A program made the position numbers and the translations under genes. The notes beneath the pieces were generated by a model. It saw nothing but the letters and a program-made list of their open reading frames with translations, had not been told where the DNA came from and ran no database searches. DNA of 36,077 nt, taken from NCBI GenBank assembly GCA_016790005.1, contig JAEUNS010000053.1, positions 1 to 36,077 on the forward strand, written 5' to 3'. This document shows, piece after piece, positions 10,611 through 20,447 of the stretch. The first letter of the stretch is position 1. The number at the start of each line of letters is the position of its first letter. Source of the DNA: Zoogloeaceae bacterium. Its GTDB lineage: Bacteria > Pseudomonadota > Gammaproteobacteria > Burkholderiales > Rhodocyclaceae.

Positions 10611-10681
10611 ATCAACCCTTAGATCCCTGAAGGCCCGGCGTCGCCGGATCCATACTGAAACCACGCAAGCAGGCAATTAAA

Positions 10682-11149
10682 ATGGCTGAAAACACCCAAC
10701 CCGTATTCTCGATCGAAAAGCTGTACGTCAAGGATTTGTCGCTGGAAGTCCCGAACGCCCCCAAGATCTTTCTCGAGCGTGAAAACCCGCAGGTCAACGT
10801 CCAGTTGCGCACCGACGGCAAGCCGGTCGACGACGGAATCTTCGAAGTTACCCTCACGATCACGGTGAGCGCCAAACTGCCTGACGAACGGACCCTCTTC
10901 ATGGTGGAGGTTTCACAGGCCGGTATCTTCCAAATCCGCAACATTCCCGAAGGTGATCTCGAGCCGGTGATGATGATCGGCTGCCCCAATATTCTGTTTC
11001 CGTATGCCCGTGAGGCCGTGTCGGACGCAGTCACCCGTGCTGGTTTTCAGCCGGTGGTGCTCGCGCCGGTCAACTTCGAAGGCCTCTACCAGGCCCAGAA
11101 GCAGCAAGCCAGCGCTGCCCAGCAGGGCGGCGAAATCAAGATCCAGTAA
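10682..11149 (+). CDS. secB: Protein-export chaperone SecB
   Basis: 155 aa, full-length SecB pattern ([19 protein letters not shown]...[16 protein letters not shown]) with an acidic/Gln-rich tail. Confidence 0.95.
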   Translation: MAENTQPVFSIEKLYVKDLSLEVPNAPKIFLERENPQVNVQLRTDGKPVDDGIFEVTLTITVSAKLPDERTLFMVEVSQAGIFQIRNIPEGDLEPVMMIGCPNILFPYAREAVSDAVTRAGFQPVVLAPVNFEGLYQAQKQQASAAQQGGEIKIQ

Positions 11150-11155
11150 AACATC

Positions 11156-11602
11156 ATGAAACGACCCCTGCGCTCGCTCATTCTTGCCACTGGGCTGATG
11201 GCAAGCTTCCAGGCTGCTCACGCGATCGAGTTTCGCTCGGTCAACCAGGCGGCGATTCTTTACGAAATGCCTTCGAACACGAGCAAGCGACTCTTCATCA
11301 TCGCCTCGGGCACGCCGGTGGAGGTCGTCGTCGTTGTCGACAAGTGGGTCAAGGTGCGCGATGCCGGGGGTACGATCAACTGGATCGAGGGCTCGGCATT
11401 GAGCTCACGCCGTACGCTGATGGTTTCGAGTGATCGTGCGACCGTGCGCCAGAGCCCCGATATTGGGGCGACCCCGGTCTTCGAAGCGGCTCGCGACACC
11501 ATTCTCGAACTGCGCGGCGAGCCTGCAGGCGGCTGGGTGCAGGTCGGTCATCAGGACGGCCTGAGCGGCTACCTCAGGGTCACCGACGTCTGGGGCCTCT
11601 AG
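11156..11602 (+). CDS. Secreted SH3b-domain protein, function unknown
   Basis: Signal peptide ending AHA. Two bacterial SH3-like repeats (WVKVRDAGGTINWIEGSAL; GWVQVGHQDGLSGYLRVTDVW). Packed tightly between secB and gpsA. Confidence 0.75.
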   Translation: MKRPLRSLILATGLMASFQAAHAIEFRSVNQAAILYEMPSNTSKRLFIIASGTPVEVVVVVDKWVKVRDAGGTINWIEGSALSSRRTLMVSSDRATVRQSPDIGATPVFEAARDTILELRGEPAGGWVQVGHQDGLSGYLRVTDVWGL

Positions 11603-11605
11603 GCC

Positions 11606-12592
11606 ATGCGTATTGCGGTGTTCGGAGCGGGCGCCTGGGGAACTGCCCTGGCGGTGGCGTTCGCACGCCAGCATGAGCTTAGCTTGTGGGCCCGGAGCGA
11701 GGCGCTGGTCGCCGAACTCGAGGCGGCCCGCACCAACACTCGCTATCTGCCGAACGTCGGCTTTCCGGCAGCGCTGAAAGTCAGCGCCGACATCGAGCAG
11801 GCAGCGGCCGGGGCCGACCTTCACCTGGTGGTCACGCCCCTCGCCGGACTGCGCCAGACCGTACGCGCCCTGCGCATAGCGGCACCCGCCACCCCACTGA
11901 TCTGGGCCTGCAAGGGGCTGGAAAGCGGAACCGGCAAGCTGCCGCATGAGATCGTCGCCGAAGAGATTGGCGCAGATGCAGCCTGCGGCGTGCTCACCGG
12001 CCCCAGTTTTGCCGCCGAGGTGGGTGCGGGGCTTCCGACTGCGGTGAGCCTGGTCGCGCGCGATATCGACTTCGCCCGGCATTGGGTGAATGCCCTGCAC
12101 CAGCCACGGCTGCGAATCTATGCCAACACCGACCTCGTCGGCGCCGAACTCGGCGGCGGCATCAAGAATGTGATTGCCATCGCGGCGGGCGTGTCCGATG
12201 GGCTCGGATTCGGGCTCAATGCGCGCGCCGCGCTGATCACCCGCGGCCTGGCCGAGACGGCACGGCTGGCCACGGCGCTGGGCGGTCACGCCGAAACCCT
12301 GATGGGCCTGGCTGGAATGGGTGACCTGATCCTCACCTGCACCGGAGATCTGTCGCGCAATCGTCGGGTCGGGCTCGCGCTTGCCGCGGGCAAATCACTT
12401 GGCGCCATTCTCTCCGAGCTGGGCCATGTGGCCGAAGGGGTGCCGACGACGCGCGAAGCGGTGCGCCTGGCAAACCGGCATGGTGTCGAAATGCCGATCT
12501 GCGAAGCCGTGGATGCACTGCTGCACTCCGGCACTGTCGGCCCGCGTGAAGCCGTGGAACGCCTGCTGTCGCGAGAGCCCAAAGTCGAATAG
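11606..12592 (+). CDS. gpsA: NAD(P)H-dependent glycerol-3-phosphate dehydrogenase
   Basis: MRIAVFGAGAWGTALA Rossmann N-terminus, GGGIKNVIAIAAG, GDLILTCTGDLSRNRRVG. Confidence 0.95.
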   Translation: MRIAVFGAGAWGTALAVAFARQHELSLWARSEALVAELEAARTNTRYLPNVGFPAALKVSADIEQAAAGADLHLVVTPLAGLRQTVRALRIAAPATPLIWACKGLESGTGKLPHEIVAEEIGADAACGVLTGPSFAAEVGAGLPTAVSLVARDIDFARHWVNALHQPRLRIYANTDLVGAELGGGIKNVIAIAAGVSDGLGFGLNARAALITRGLAETARLATALGGHAETLMGLAGMGDLILTCTGDLSRNRRVGLALAAGKSLGAILSELGHVAEGVPTTREAVRLANRHGVEMPICEAVDALLHSGTVGPREAVERLLSREPKVE

Positions 12593-12616
12593 GGGCCACA
12601 AGTCGCCTGCAAGCGC

Positions 12617-13081
12617 TCACGCCCCCCCGGCGAAACCATGCTGCCGCCAGGCCTCGAATACCACCACGGCCACGCTGTTTGACAGATTCATGCTGCGATT
12701 CGATGCCCGCATCGGAATCCGCACCACCTGCGAGGCGTCGAGCTGATCGAGAAACGCCTGCGCCAGACCGCGCGTTTCTGAACCGAAAACCAGGGCATCA
12801 CCGGCGTCGAACAGCACTTCGTCATGGCGACGCCGCCCGCGCGTCGAGAAGGCAAAGACTCGCGCATTGCCCAGAAAGCTGCGGCAGGCAGCCCAGTCAT
12901 CATGAACGACGACACTCGCGAGATCGTGGTAGTCGAGCCCGGCACGCGCCAGTTGGCGATCACTCAGATCGAAGCCCAGCGGCTTGACCAGATGCAGCCG
13001 CACCCCGGTATTGGCTGCGAGGCGGATCACATTGCCGGTATTGGGCGGAATCTCGGGCTGCAGTAGAACAACATTGAACAT
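12617..13081 (-). CDS. trmL: tRNA (cytidine/uridine(34)-2'-O)-methyltransferase TrmL (SpoU family)
   Basis: 154 aa. [21 protein letters not shown] and C-terminal knot region IPM...[19 protein letters not shown]. Confidence 0.92.
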   Translation of the reverse strand: MFNVVLLQPEIPPNTGNVIRLAANTGVRLHLVKPLGFDLSDRQLARAGLDYHDLASVVVHDDWAACRSFLGNARVFAFSTRGRRRHDEVLFDAGDALVFGSETRGLAQAFLDQLDASQVVRIPMRASNRSMNLSNSVAVVVFEAWRQHGFAGGA

Positions 13082-13082
13082 T

Positions 13083-13856
13083 TCAGCTCATTCGTGGCGT
13101 ACGCGCCACAACCAGGTTGGTAACACGGCTCGCACCCTGCTTCTTGAGTACCGCGGCGAGCGCATGCAGGGTTGCGCCGGTCGTCATCACGTCGTCGACG
13201 ACCAGCACATGCGCACCGTCGAAGCGCCCGGCGCAGTCGAACACCCCGCGCATGTTCGACTGGCGCTCGCGCCAGGAAAGAGACATCTGTGGCGCCACAT
13301 CCAGCACCCTGCCCACCTGTACCAGTTCAAGCGGCAGGCCACGCACGCGGGCCAGCGGGCGCGCGAGTTCGACGGCCTGATTGAAACCACGCTCACGCAG
13401 GCGTTTCACATGCAGCGGCATTGGCAGCACCCTATCCACCCCATCGACCGGACCGAGGGCAATCAGGGCTTCGGCCAGGAAGGGCACCACCGACAAGCGA
13501 TAACGATACTTGAGGGCCTGCACCATGCGGTCGATCGGAAAGGCATACGGAAATGCCGCGAACGTGGCATCGAAGGCCGGTGGAGCGCTCAGGCACGCAC
13601 CGCAGACCATGGCACCCGGACTTGGGAGCGCACACATCGGGCAGGCCGGCCCGACCACAGGCAGTTCGCCTGCACACTCGGTACAGAGAAGCACGCCGCC
13701 GGACTCATGCCCACAGACAAAGCAGTCGTGGGGCACGAGCAGGTCGACGACAAAACGAAGGCTGGCACGCAGCGACGACAACGAGTTTGACAAGATCCTG
13801 TCCGATACCCAACATGCGCGGTTTCGTGCCGCATTACACCCCGGATTTTCAAGCAT
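13083..13856 (-). CDS. comF: ComF family protein (phosphoribosyltransferase domain, GntX/ComF-like)
   Basis: N-terminal double CxxC zinc-finger region and C-terminal PRTase motif [14 protein letters not shown]. Start is uncertain: ATG 13856, or possibly TTG near 13793. The track start 13979 would overlap bioC. Confidence 0.8.
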   Translation of the reverse strand: MLENPGCNAARNRACWVSDRILSNSLSSLRASLRFVVDLLVPHDCFVCGHESGGVLLCTECAGELPVVGPACPMCALPSPGAMVCGACLSAPPAFDATFAAFPYAFPIDRMVQALKYRYRLSVVPFLAEALIALGPVDGVDRVLPMPLHVKRLRERGFNQAVELARPLARVRGLPLELVQVGRVLDVAPQMSLSWRERQSNMRGVFDCAGRFDGAHVLVVDDVMTTGATLHALAAVLKKQGASRVTNLVVARTPRMS

Positions 13857-13901
13857 GCCAACGAATTTTTCACGCGCCTCGGTCTCCCCGAACCCCCACG
13901 C

Positions 13902-14801
13902 ATGAATGTATCCAGCTCGAACTATGCGCTCGATCACAGGCTGGCGAGGCGGCGCTTCGGCCTTAGCGCGGCCCATCACCGACCCCTCGCGGTGCTCGAG
14001 GAAGAGGTCGCACGCAGGATGTCGGAGCGTCTCGACTATATCCGCATCTCACCCGACCGGATACTGGACATCGGCTGCGGCAGCGGTGGCGATCTGCATG
14101 CGCTGGGCGCTCGCTACCCACAGGCGAGACGGGTCGGCATCGACTTTGCCCTGCCATTTCTGAAAACCGATGGCGACGAACCTGGCCTGCTGGCACGCCT
14201 GTTCGCCTCCAGACGCAAACGGGCTGCTGCGCCGATGCTCGCCTGCGCCGAGGCAGGCGCGCTACCGTTCGCACATGCTCAATTCGTTCTGATCTGGTCG
14301 AACCTCATGCTCAACTGGCTGACCGATCCACTACCGGCCCTGCGCGAGATGCATCGGACACTTGCGATCGACGGTCTGCTGATGTTTTCAACCCTCGGCC
14401 CCGACACCCTCAAGGAGTTGCGCATGGCGCTCGGCGACCAGGGGGGCGATCGCGTACACCGCTTCATCGACATGCACGACATCGGCGATGCACTGGTCAA
14501 GGCCGGTTTTTCCGATCCGGTGATGGATATGGAGATCGTCACCCTCACCTACACGGACATCGAAAGCCTGCTGACCGATTTGCGCCAGTCCGGCTGGAAC
14601 AATGCCAGCACCCTCCGGCCGCGAAACCTGGGCGGCAAGGCCCGCTGGGCAATCGCGCGCAGGCGGCTTGAAGAGGCCTTCGTGGATCAACGCCTGCCGA
14701 TCACGTTCGAGATCATCCAGGGGCACGCCTGGAAGGCCGCACCCAGGAAGCTCGACGATGGACGCGCAATCGTGCGCTTTCAGCCCAAAAACCCAACCTG
14801 A
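13902..14801 (+). CDS. bioC: SAM-dependent methyltransferase, BioC-like (malonyl-ACP O-methyltransferase candidate)
   Basis: SAM motif ILDIGCGSGGD preceded by a BioC-like leader (RRRF...AAHHRPLAVLEEEVARRMSERLDYI). Divergent from comF. Confidence 0.65.
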   Translation: MNVSSSNYALDHRLARRRFGLSAAHHRPLAVLEEEVARRMSERLDYIRISPDRILDIGCGSGGDLHALGARYPQARRVGIDFALPFLKTDGDEPGLLARLFASRRKRAAAPMLACAEAGALPFAHAQFVLIWSNLMLNWLTDPLPALREMHRTLAIDGLLMFSTLGPDTLKELRMALGDQGGDRVHRFIDMHDIGDALVKAGFSDPVMDMEIVTLTYTDIESLLTDLRQSGWNNASTLRPRNLGGKARWAIARRRLEEAFVDQRLPITFEIIQGHAWKAAPRKLDDGRAIVRFQPKNPT

Positions 14802-14816
14802 GCGCGGAACGGTCTG

Positions 14817-15458
14817 ATGACGCACGCCACCTGGCTATTCGATCTCGACAACACGCTCCACAATGCCAGCGCGCATATCTTTCCGCACATCAACGCGGCA
14901 ATGACGCGCTATCTGGAGCACTACCTCACCCTGCCCCGCGATGAAGCCAATGCGCTCAGGATGCACTACTGGGGTCGCTACGGCGCCACCCTGCTGGGGC
15001 TTGTTCGCCACCACGGCACCGATCCGCGCCACTTTCTGGCCGAAACCCACCGTTTCGAGAAACTGCACGAGATGATGGTGTTCGATCGCGCCCTCGGCTC
15101 GATGCTCACCCACCTGCCGGGAAGAAAGATCGTATTTTCGAACGGCCCGCGCCGCTACGTCGATGCCGTGCTCGACATCATGGGCATTCGCCGTCACTTC
15201 GTCGCCACCTATGGCATCGAACAACTCCACTTTCACCCCAAACCCGCTGCGCGGGCGTTTCGCCTCCTCCTAGACAACGAGAACCTCGAGGCACGCCGTT
15301 GCATTCTGGTGGAGGACTCGGTCGAGAACCTGCGAACGGCCAAGCGGCTGGGGATGAAAACCGTGCTGATCGGACGCGGGCTGCGTCAGCCACCCTACGT
15401 GGATCTCAAGCTTCGCTCGATTCTTGCACTCAGACGCAGCGCGGGCCGGGTGCTGTAG
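14817..15458 (+). CDS. HAD-superfamily hydrolase, pyrimidine 5'-nucleotidase-like
   Basis: HAD motif I (WLFDLDNTLH), motif II (FSNG), motif IV (VEDSVENL). 213 aa. Confidence 0.85.
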   Translation: MTHATWLFDLDNTLHNASAHIFPHINAAMTRYLEHYLTLPRDEANALRMHYWGRYGATLLGLVRHHGTDPRHFLAETHRFEKLHEMMVFDRALGSMLTHLPGRKIVFSNGPRRYVDAVLDIMGIRRHFVATYGIEQLHFHPKPAARAFRLLLDNENLEARRCILVEDSVENLRTAKRLGMKTVLIGRGLRQPPYVDLKLRSILALRRSAGRVL

Positions 15459-15473
15459 GCGCACCCGGCCCGC
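15441..15473. terminator. Perfect 13-bp GC-rich hairpin between convergent HAD gene and hemB (terminator without U tract)
   Basis: GCGGGCCGGGTGC (15441-15453) pairs with GCACCCGGCCCGC (15461-15473). The 7-nt loop contains the TAG stop of the HAD gene. Confidence 0.45.
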
Positions 15474-15486
15474 CACCGACGCCGCA

Positions 15487-16542
<1,056 letters not shown>

Positions 16543-16552
16543 CTACAAAGCG

Positions 16553-16700
16553 ACGCCTTGACCGGTGCCGGGAACTATCTGCCTACGCGCCGATCTGAAA
16601 CAAGACGGCTTAGGCCGTTACCCGCTTTCCCTCCCTGAGCGGGTGCCTCAACAAGGCGTAATCTCCCCGGGCTCACATCCCTTCAGCCCGGGGTTTTTTT
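16553..16700 (+). ncRNA. Candidate small RNA or cis-antisense RNA in the engB-hemB spacer (5' end unknown)
   Basis: 8-bp long-range helix (16553-16560 with 16652-16659) encloses two hairpins, one with loop UUCCCUCCCUG. Ends in a canonical plus-strand intrinsic terminator. No plus-strand CDS ends here. Confidence 0.3.
16665..16700 (+). terminator. Intrinsic terminator on the plus strand (antisense to engB and hemB)
   Basis: CCCCGGGCT (16665-16673) pairs with AGCCCGGGG (16685-16693), 11-nt loop, immediately followed by T7 (16694-16700). The right arm and T run also encode the last engB codons on the minus strand. Confidence 0.5.
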
Positions 16701-17330
16701 GTCCGGTTTAGCCGCTATTGCCGATGTCTCGGGTTGATCAAGGCCCAGCCAGCGAGCGACCGTGCTTTCAACCTCTTCTGTTCCGGTTTTGCTCAGGCTC
16801 GAGAACAACTGCACGCTGACCTGCTCGCCCATGCCTGCCAGTTCGCGCCGCACCAGTGCCAGCGCGGCACTCGCCTGATTGCGCGAAAGTTTGTCGCTCT
16901 TGGTCAGCAGGATGTGGATCGGACGACCGGACGGCGCATACCAGCCGATCATCTGCAGGTCGAGCGGCTTAAGCGGATGGCGCGAATCCATGATCAACAC
17001 CAAGCCGACCAGGTTCTCGCGTCGGCTGAGGTAGTTCTCGAGCAGGCCTTGCCACTGGCGCCGCACACTCTCCGGCACCTTGGCATAACCATAGCCCGGC
17101 AAGTCAACCAGCGCCGCGCCGCAGTTAAGCCGAAAGAAATTGATCAGTTGGGTGCGACCAGGCGTCTTCGACACGAATGCAAGCCGGGTGTGGCCCGCAA
17201 TAGTATTGATCGCGCTTGATTTTCCGGCATTTGAGCGTCCGGCAAAGGCGATCTCGGCGCCGACTGGAGGTGGCAATCCGGCAGGCTTCGCGATTGAGAT
17301 TTCAAATTGGGCGTTACGAAAGATCGGCAT
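16683..17330 (-). CDS. engB: Ribosome biogenesis GTP-binding protein YihA/EngB
   Basis: G1 motif GRSNAGKSS, G3 motif DLPGYG, G4 motif TKSDK. Start is ATG 17330 (215 aa) or ATG 17372. Confidence 0.92.
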   Translation of the reverse strand: MPIFRNAQFEISIAKPAGLPPPVGAEIAFAGRSNAGKSSAINTIAGHTRLAFVSKTPGRTQLINFFRLNCGAALVDLPGYGYAKVPESVRRQWQGLLENYLSRRENLVGLVLIMDSRHPLKPLDLQMIGWYAPSGRPIHILLTKSDKLSRNQASAALALVRRELAGMGEQVSVQLFSSLSKTGTEEVESTVARWLGLDQPETSAIAAKPDKKTPG

Positions 17331-17404
17331 GAAAACTTGGTGGCGCGTCGCGCGAATTGGATAATTGGGCACCGAATGCGTCGCGCAAATGCATAGGCTT
17401 GATA

Positions 17405-17410
17405 TAGAAT
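17405..17410 (+). promoter_or_regulatory. Possible -10 element (TAGAAT) for cytochrome c4
   Basis: AT-rich TTGATATAGAAT in the engB/cc4 divergent spacer, 42 nt before the ATG. GAGGA Shine-Dalgarno at 17443-17447. Confidence 0.3.
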
Positions 17411-17451
17411 ACCGCGTTTAAGATCATCGCTCACGGCTTTCTGAGGACACC

Positions 17452-18078
17452 ATGACCAAGCGTTCCCTGTTGCTCTCACTGCTGCTGGTTGCAGGCAGCC
17501 TACATGCTCAAGACCCTGCTGCGGAGGCCGACAAGGTCAATCCACTGATCGGTTCGCTCTGTGCAGGTTGCCACAATGTTGACGGCAACAGCGCGTTACC
17601 CGAAAACCCCAAGCTGGCTGGCCAGATTCCCGAGTACCTGTTCAAGCAATTGAGGGAGTTCAAGAGCTGGGACGGCAAGCCCCCGGTGCGCGAGAACGCG
17701 GTCATGACCGCCATGGCGGCGAGCCTCGAAGAGGCGGACATGAAGGCAATAGCCGATTTCTATGCAGTGCAGAAACTTGAACCCAGCGTTGCGGTGAACC
17801 CCGACACAATCGAACAGGGCCAGAACATCTGGCGTGGCGGTATCGCGTCGAAGGGGGTTCCCGCCTGTGGCGCCTGTCATGGCCCAGCCGGTTCGGGCAT
17901 GCCCGCCCAATACCCGCGGATCGCAGGGCAGCATGCCCAATACACCCTGACGCAACTGCAAAACTTCCGTGATGGCGGTCGCCACAACGACCCCAACCAG
18001 ATGATGCGCACGATCGCGCTCAAGATGACCGACGCCGAAATGCGCGCAGTTGCAGATTTCGCCGCAGGATTGCGTTAA
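17452..18078 (+). CDS. Dihaem cytochrome c4
   Basis: Signal peptide and two haem-binding CxxCH motifs (CAGCH, CGACH), each followed by a distal Met region. 208 aa. Confidence 0.92.
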   Translation: MTKRSLLLSLLLVAGSLHAQDPAAEADKVNPLIGSLCAGCHNVDGNSALPENPKLAGQIPEYLFKQLREFKSWDGKPPVRENAVMTAMAASLEEADMKAIADFYAVQKLEPSVAVNPDTIEQGQNIWRGGIASKGVPACGACHGPAGSGMPAQYPRIAGQHAQYTLTQLQNFRDGGRHNDPNQMMRTIALKMTDAEMRAVADFAAGLR

Positions 18079-18096
18079 CGCCGGTTCGCCCGAATC

Positions 18097-18125
18097 AAAA
18101 GGTGGCTTCGAGCCACCTTTTTTTT
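18097..18125. terminator. Bidirectional intrinsic terminator between cytochrome c4 and the convergent ferritin-like gene
   Basis: AAAAGGTGGCT (18097-18107), loop TCG, AGCCACCTTTT (18111-18121). The T run extends to 18125 and an A run flanks the other side. Confidence 0.85.
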
Positions 18126-18199
18126 GCCCTGACGCCTGGTGTCCTCGGTAACCAGGCCATTCATTCGAGCCTGGAGCCAGGCGTCTATTGCACCCGTGA

Positions 18200-19003
18200 T
18201 CAGCGTCGACTGCTCATCCATGCGAGTTCATCGGCACTGAAACCTGCGGCCCTACGCGCTGCCTCATTGATCGGGGGATGCGGACGCGCGACCGCGAACA
18301 AGTCAATCAGTGCAATATAGGTAGCCTCGGGGTCGAGCTTGCGCTCACTGCAGATCAGCTTGAACCAGTGGTCACCCAAGGCCACATGCGACACCTCGTC
18401 CGCAAGAATCCGCTCGAGCACCGCGATGCTTTCGCGATCGCCGATTCCGCGCAGCTTCGCGATGATGGCCGGGGTTGCATCCAGGCCGCGCGCCTCGAGC
18501 ACCCTCGGCACCAGAGCCATACGCGCGAGCGGATCGTGGGCCGTCCGGCAAGCCATGTCCCACAAGCCGTTGTGCGCCGGAAAGTCACCATAGTCAAACC
18601 CCAGGCTGTGCAGCCGGGTCCGCAGCATCCCAAAGTGCAAGGCCTCGTCCGCAGCGACCTTGATCCAGCCCGAATGAAAAGCATGCGGAAACGCGCGAAA
18701 GCGATGAACGCAGTCGAGCGCGAGGTTGATTGCGTTGAACTCGATATGCGCGATTGCATGAATGAGCGCCGCGTGCCCCTCTGCGCTCGTGACCCGGCGC
18801 GGCTGCAAGGCTTGTGGCGGCACCAACTCCGGGCGCGGCGGCCGACCAGGGTTCTCAATGGGCTCGGCATCGTTCTCGGCTGGATGGACGCGATACGCCC
18901 CCTCTTCCCAGCATTGATGCAGATGTGCGACCGCGGCGCACTTTTGTTCGGGGGATGCGAGCATCAAGGCCGCGAACGCGACCTCATGAATTGAATCAGT
19001 CAT
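18200..19003 (-). CDS. Ferritin-like diiron-carboxylate protein, function unknown (from memory resembles the DUF455 family)
   Basis: 267 aa, all-helical. Two ExxH motifs (ADEALHF, ADEVSHV) plus partner acidic residues (AHIEFNAINL, VLEARGLD). Start trimmed to ATG 19003. Confidence 0.7.
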   Translation of the reverse strand: MTDSIHEVAFAALMLASPEQKCAAVAHLHQCWEEGAYRVHPAENDAEPIENPGRPPRPELVPPQALQPRRVTSAEGHAALIHAIAHIEFNAINLALDCVHRFRAFPHAFHSGWIKVAADEALHFGMLRTRLHSLGFDYGDFPAHNGLWDMACRTAHDPLARMALVPRVLEARGLDATPAIIAKLRGIGDRESIAVLERILADEVSHVALGDHWFKLICSERKLDPEATYIALIDLFAVARPHPPINEAARRAAGFSADELAWMSSRR

Positions 19004-19112
19004 GATTGCGCAGTCTAGCAAGTACGCGTCGGAACGGGTGATTCGACAAACGCAAGGCCAACACCAGCGCTTGAAGACACAGGAGACATCGGACTCACGT
19101 CCAGGCCTCGGA

Positions 19113-19127
19113 TCGGCGATAATCCCG
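19113..19127 (+). promoter_or_regulatory. 15-nt motif TCGGCGATAATCCCG upstream of moeA (possible -10 GATAAT plus GC discriminator)
   Basis: Exact copy of the motif at 30671-30685 upstream of tkt. Lies 63-77 nt before the moeA ATG. Confidence 0.25.
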
Positions 19128-19189
19128 AGTCGGATGACCCAAACGCCAACCGGCATTCACCGTCAGGACACCCGAAGGACTGAACCGCG

Positions 19190-20422
19190 ATGATTCAGCA
19201 CTCCCAGACCAGCCTCGGCATGGACCAGGCCCGGCAGGCCATACTCACCCCTCTCACCGCCGTTTCGGGTTGGGAACGGGTGTCGACCCGCGATGCGCTT
19301 GGCCGCGTACTGGCCGAGCCCGTGATCGCACCCTGCAATGTGCCAGCGCATGACAATTCGGCAATGGACGGCTACGCGGTACGCCATGCCGACCTCGCGG
19401 CCGGCGCCGAGAGCCGTTTGCAGATCGTTGGCACGGCGTTCGCCGGCAGACCCTTCTCAGGCATCACGGGTGCGGGTCAGGCCGTGCGCATCATGACTGG
19501 CGCCGAGATTCCGCGGGGCGCCGACACCATCGTCGTCCAGGAAATCGTGCGCATCGAGGATTCGTCGGTGCTGATTCCCGCAGGGCAGAAAGCATTCCAG
19601 AATCTGCGTCGCGCCGGCGAAGACCTCGCCGAGGGCAGCGTCGCCCTGCCGGCCGGCAAGCGCTGCAGCGCAGCCGAAATCGGTCTGATCGCATCGCTGG
19701 GGATTGCCGAGGTCAGTGTCCGCAGGCGCCTGCGGGTCGCCTTCTTTTCGACCGGCGACGAGATTGCAACGATCGGCCGGCCACTCGGACCCGGCCAGGT
19801 TTACGACAGCAACCGCTACACGCTATATAGCGCGCTGACCCTGCTGGGCTGCGAATTGCTTGACATGGGCGTGATCGAAGACAAGCCCGAGGCGCTGGAA
19901 CAGGCATTCATCGACGCCTCCAACAATGCCGATGTAATCCTGACCAGTGGCGGCGTGTCGGTCGGCGAGGCCGATTTCATCCGCGAACTGATGGCGCGCC
20001 TTGGCGACGTCGCCTTCTGGAAGATCGACATCAAACCGGGCAGGCCTATGGCGTTCGGGCGCATCGGCAATGCCTGGATCTTCGGCCTGCCGGGAAACCC
20101 GGTCGCCGTGATGGTGACCTTCTACCAGTTCGTCAAGGATGCGCTGCTGGCACTGTCGGGCGTATCGCCGCTGCCTGAGCACATACTATTCGAGGCGACC
20201 ATCGATTCGGCGATCGCCAAACGCCCGGGGCGCTGCGAGTTTCTGCGCGGACGTCTCGCGTTTGTCGGCGGCAGATGCACGGTCAGCGTAGCTGGCGCCC
20301 AGGGCTCAGGGGTGCTCAAGTCGATGTCCGATGCCAATTGTTTCATCGTGCTGCCTGAAGATCAGGGCGATGTTGCCTCTGGTGGCAGCGTTCTCGTTCA
20401 GCCGTTCGACGGCCTTTTCTGA
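19190..20422 (+). CDS. moeA: Molybdopterin molybdotransferase MoeA
   Basis: 410 aa. NVPAHDNSAMDGYAV, TSGGVSVGEADF, KPGRPMAFG motifs. Confidence 0.95.
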   Translation: MIQHSQTSLGMDQARQAILTPLTAVSGWERVSTRDALGRVLAEPVIAPCNVPAHDNSAMDGYAVRHADLAAGAESRLQIVGTAFAGRPFSGITGAGQAVRIMTGAEIPRGADTIVVQEIVRIEDSSVLIPAGQKAFQNLRRAGEDLAEGSVALPAGKRCSAAEIGLIASLGIAEVSVRRRLRVAFFSTGDEIATIGRPLGPGQVYDSNRYTLYSALTLLGCELLDMGVIEDKPEALEQAFIDASNNADVILTSGGVSVGEADFIRELMARLGDVAFWKIDIKPGRPMAFGRIGNAWIFGLPGNPVAVMVTFYQFVKDALLALSGVSPLPEHILFEATIDSAIAKRPGRCEFLRGRLAFVGGRCTVSVAGAQGSGVLKSMSDANCFIVLPEDQGDVASGGSVLVQPFDGLF

Positions 20423-20447
20423 CCGATAACCGCATGGAACATTCATC

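Noticed and set aside
19004-19189. Possible Moco riboswitch upstream of moeA (CCUCGG/CCCGAG and CCCGAAGGA strings).
   Set aside because: Only short 4-5 bp pairings can be drawn and no multi-stem junction. I cannot reproduce the Moco consensus from memory well enough to claim it. This needs cmsearch with the Rfam Moco model.
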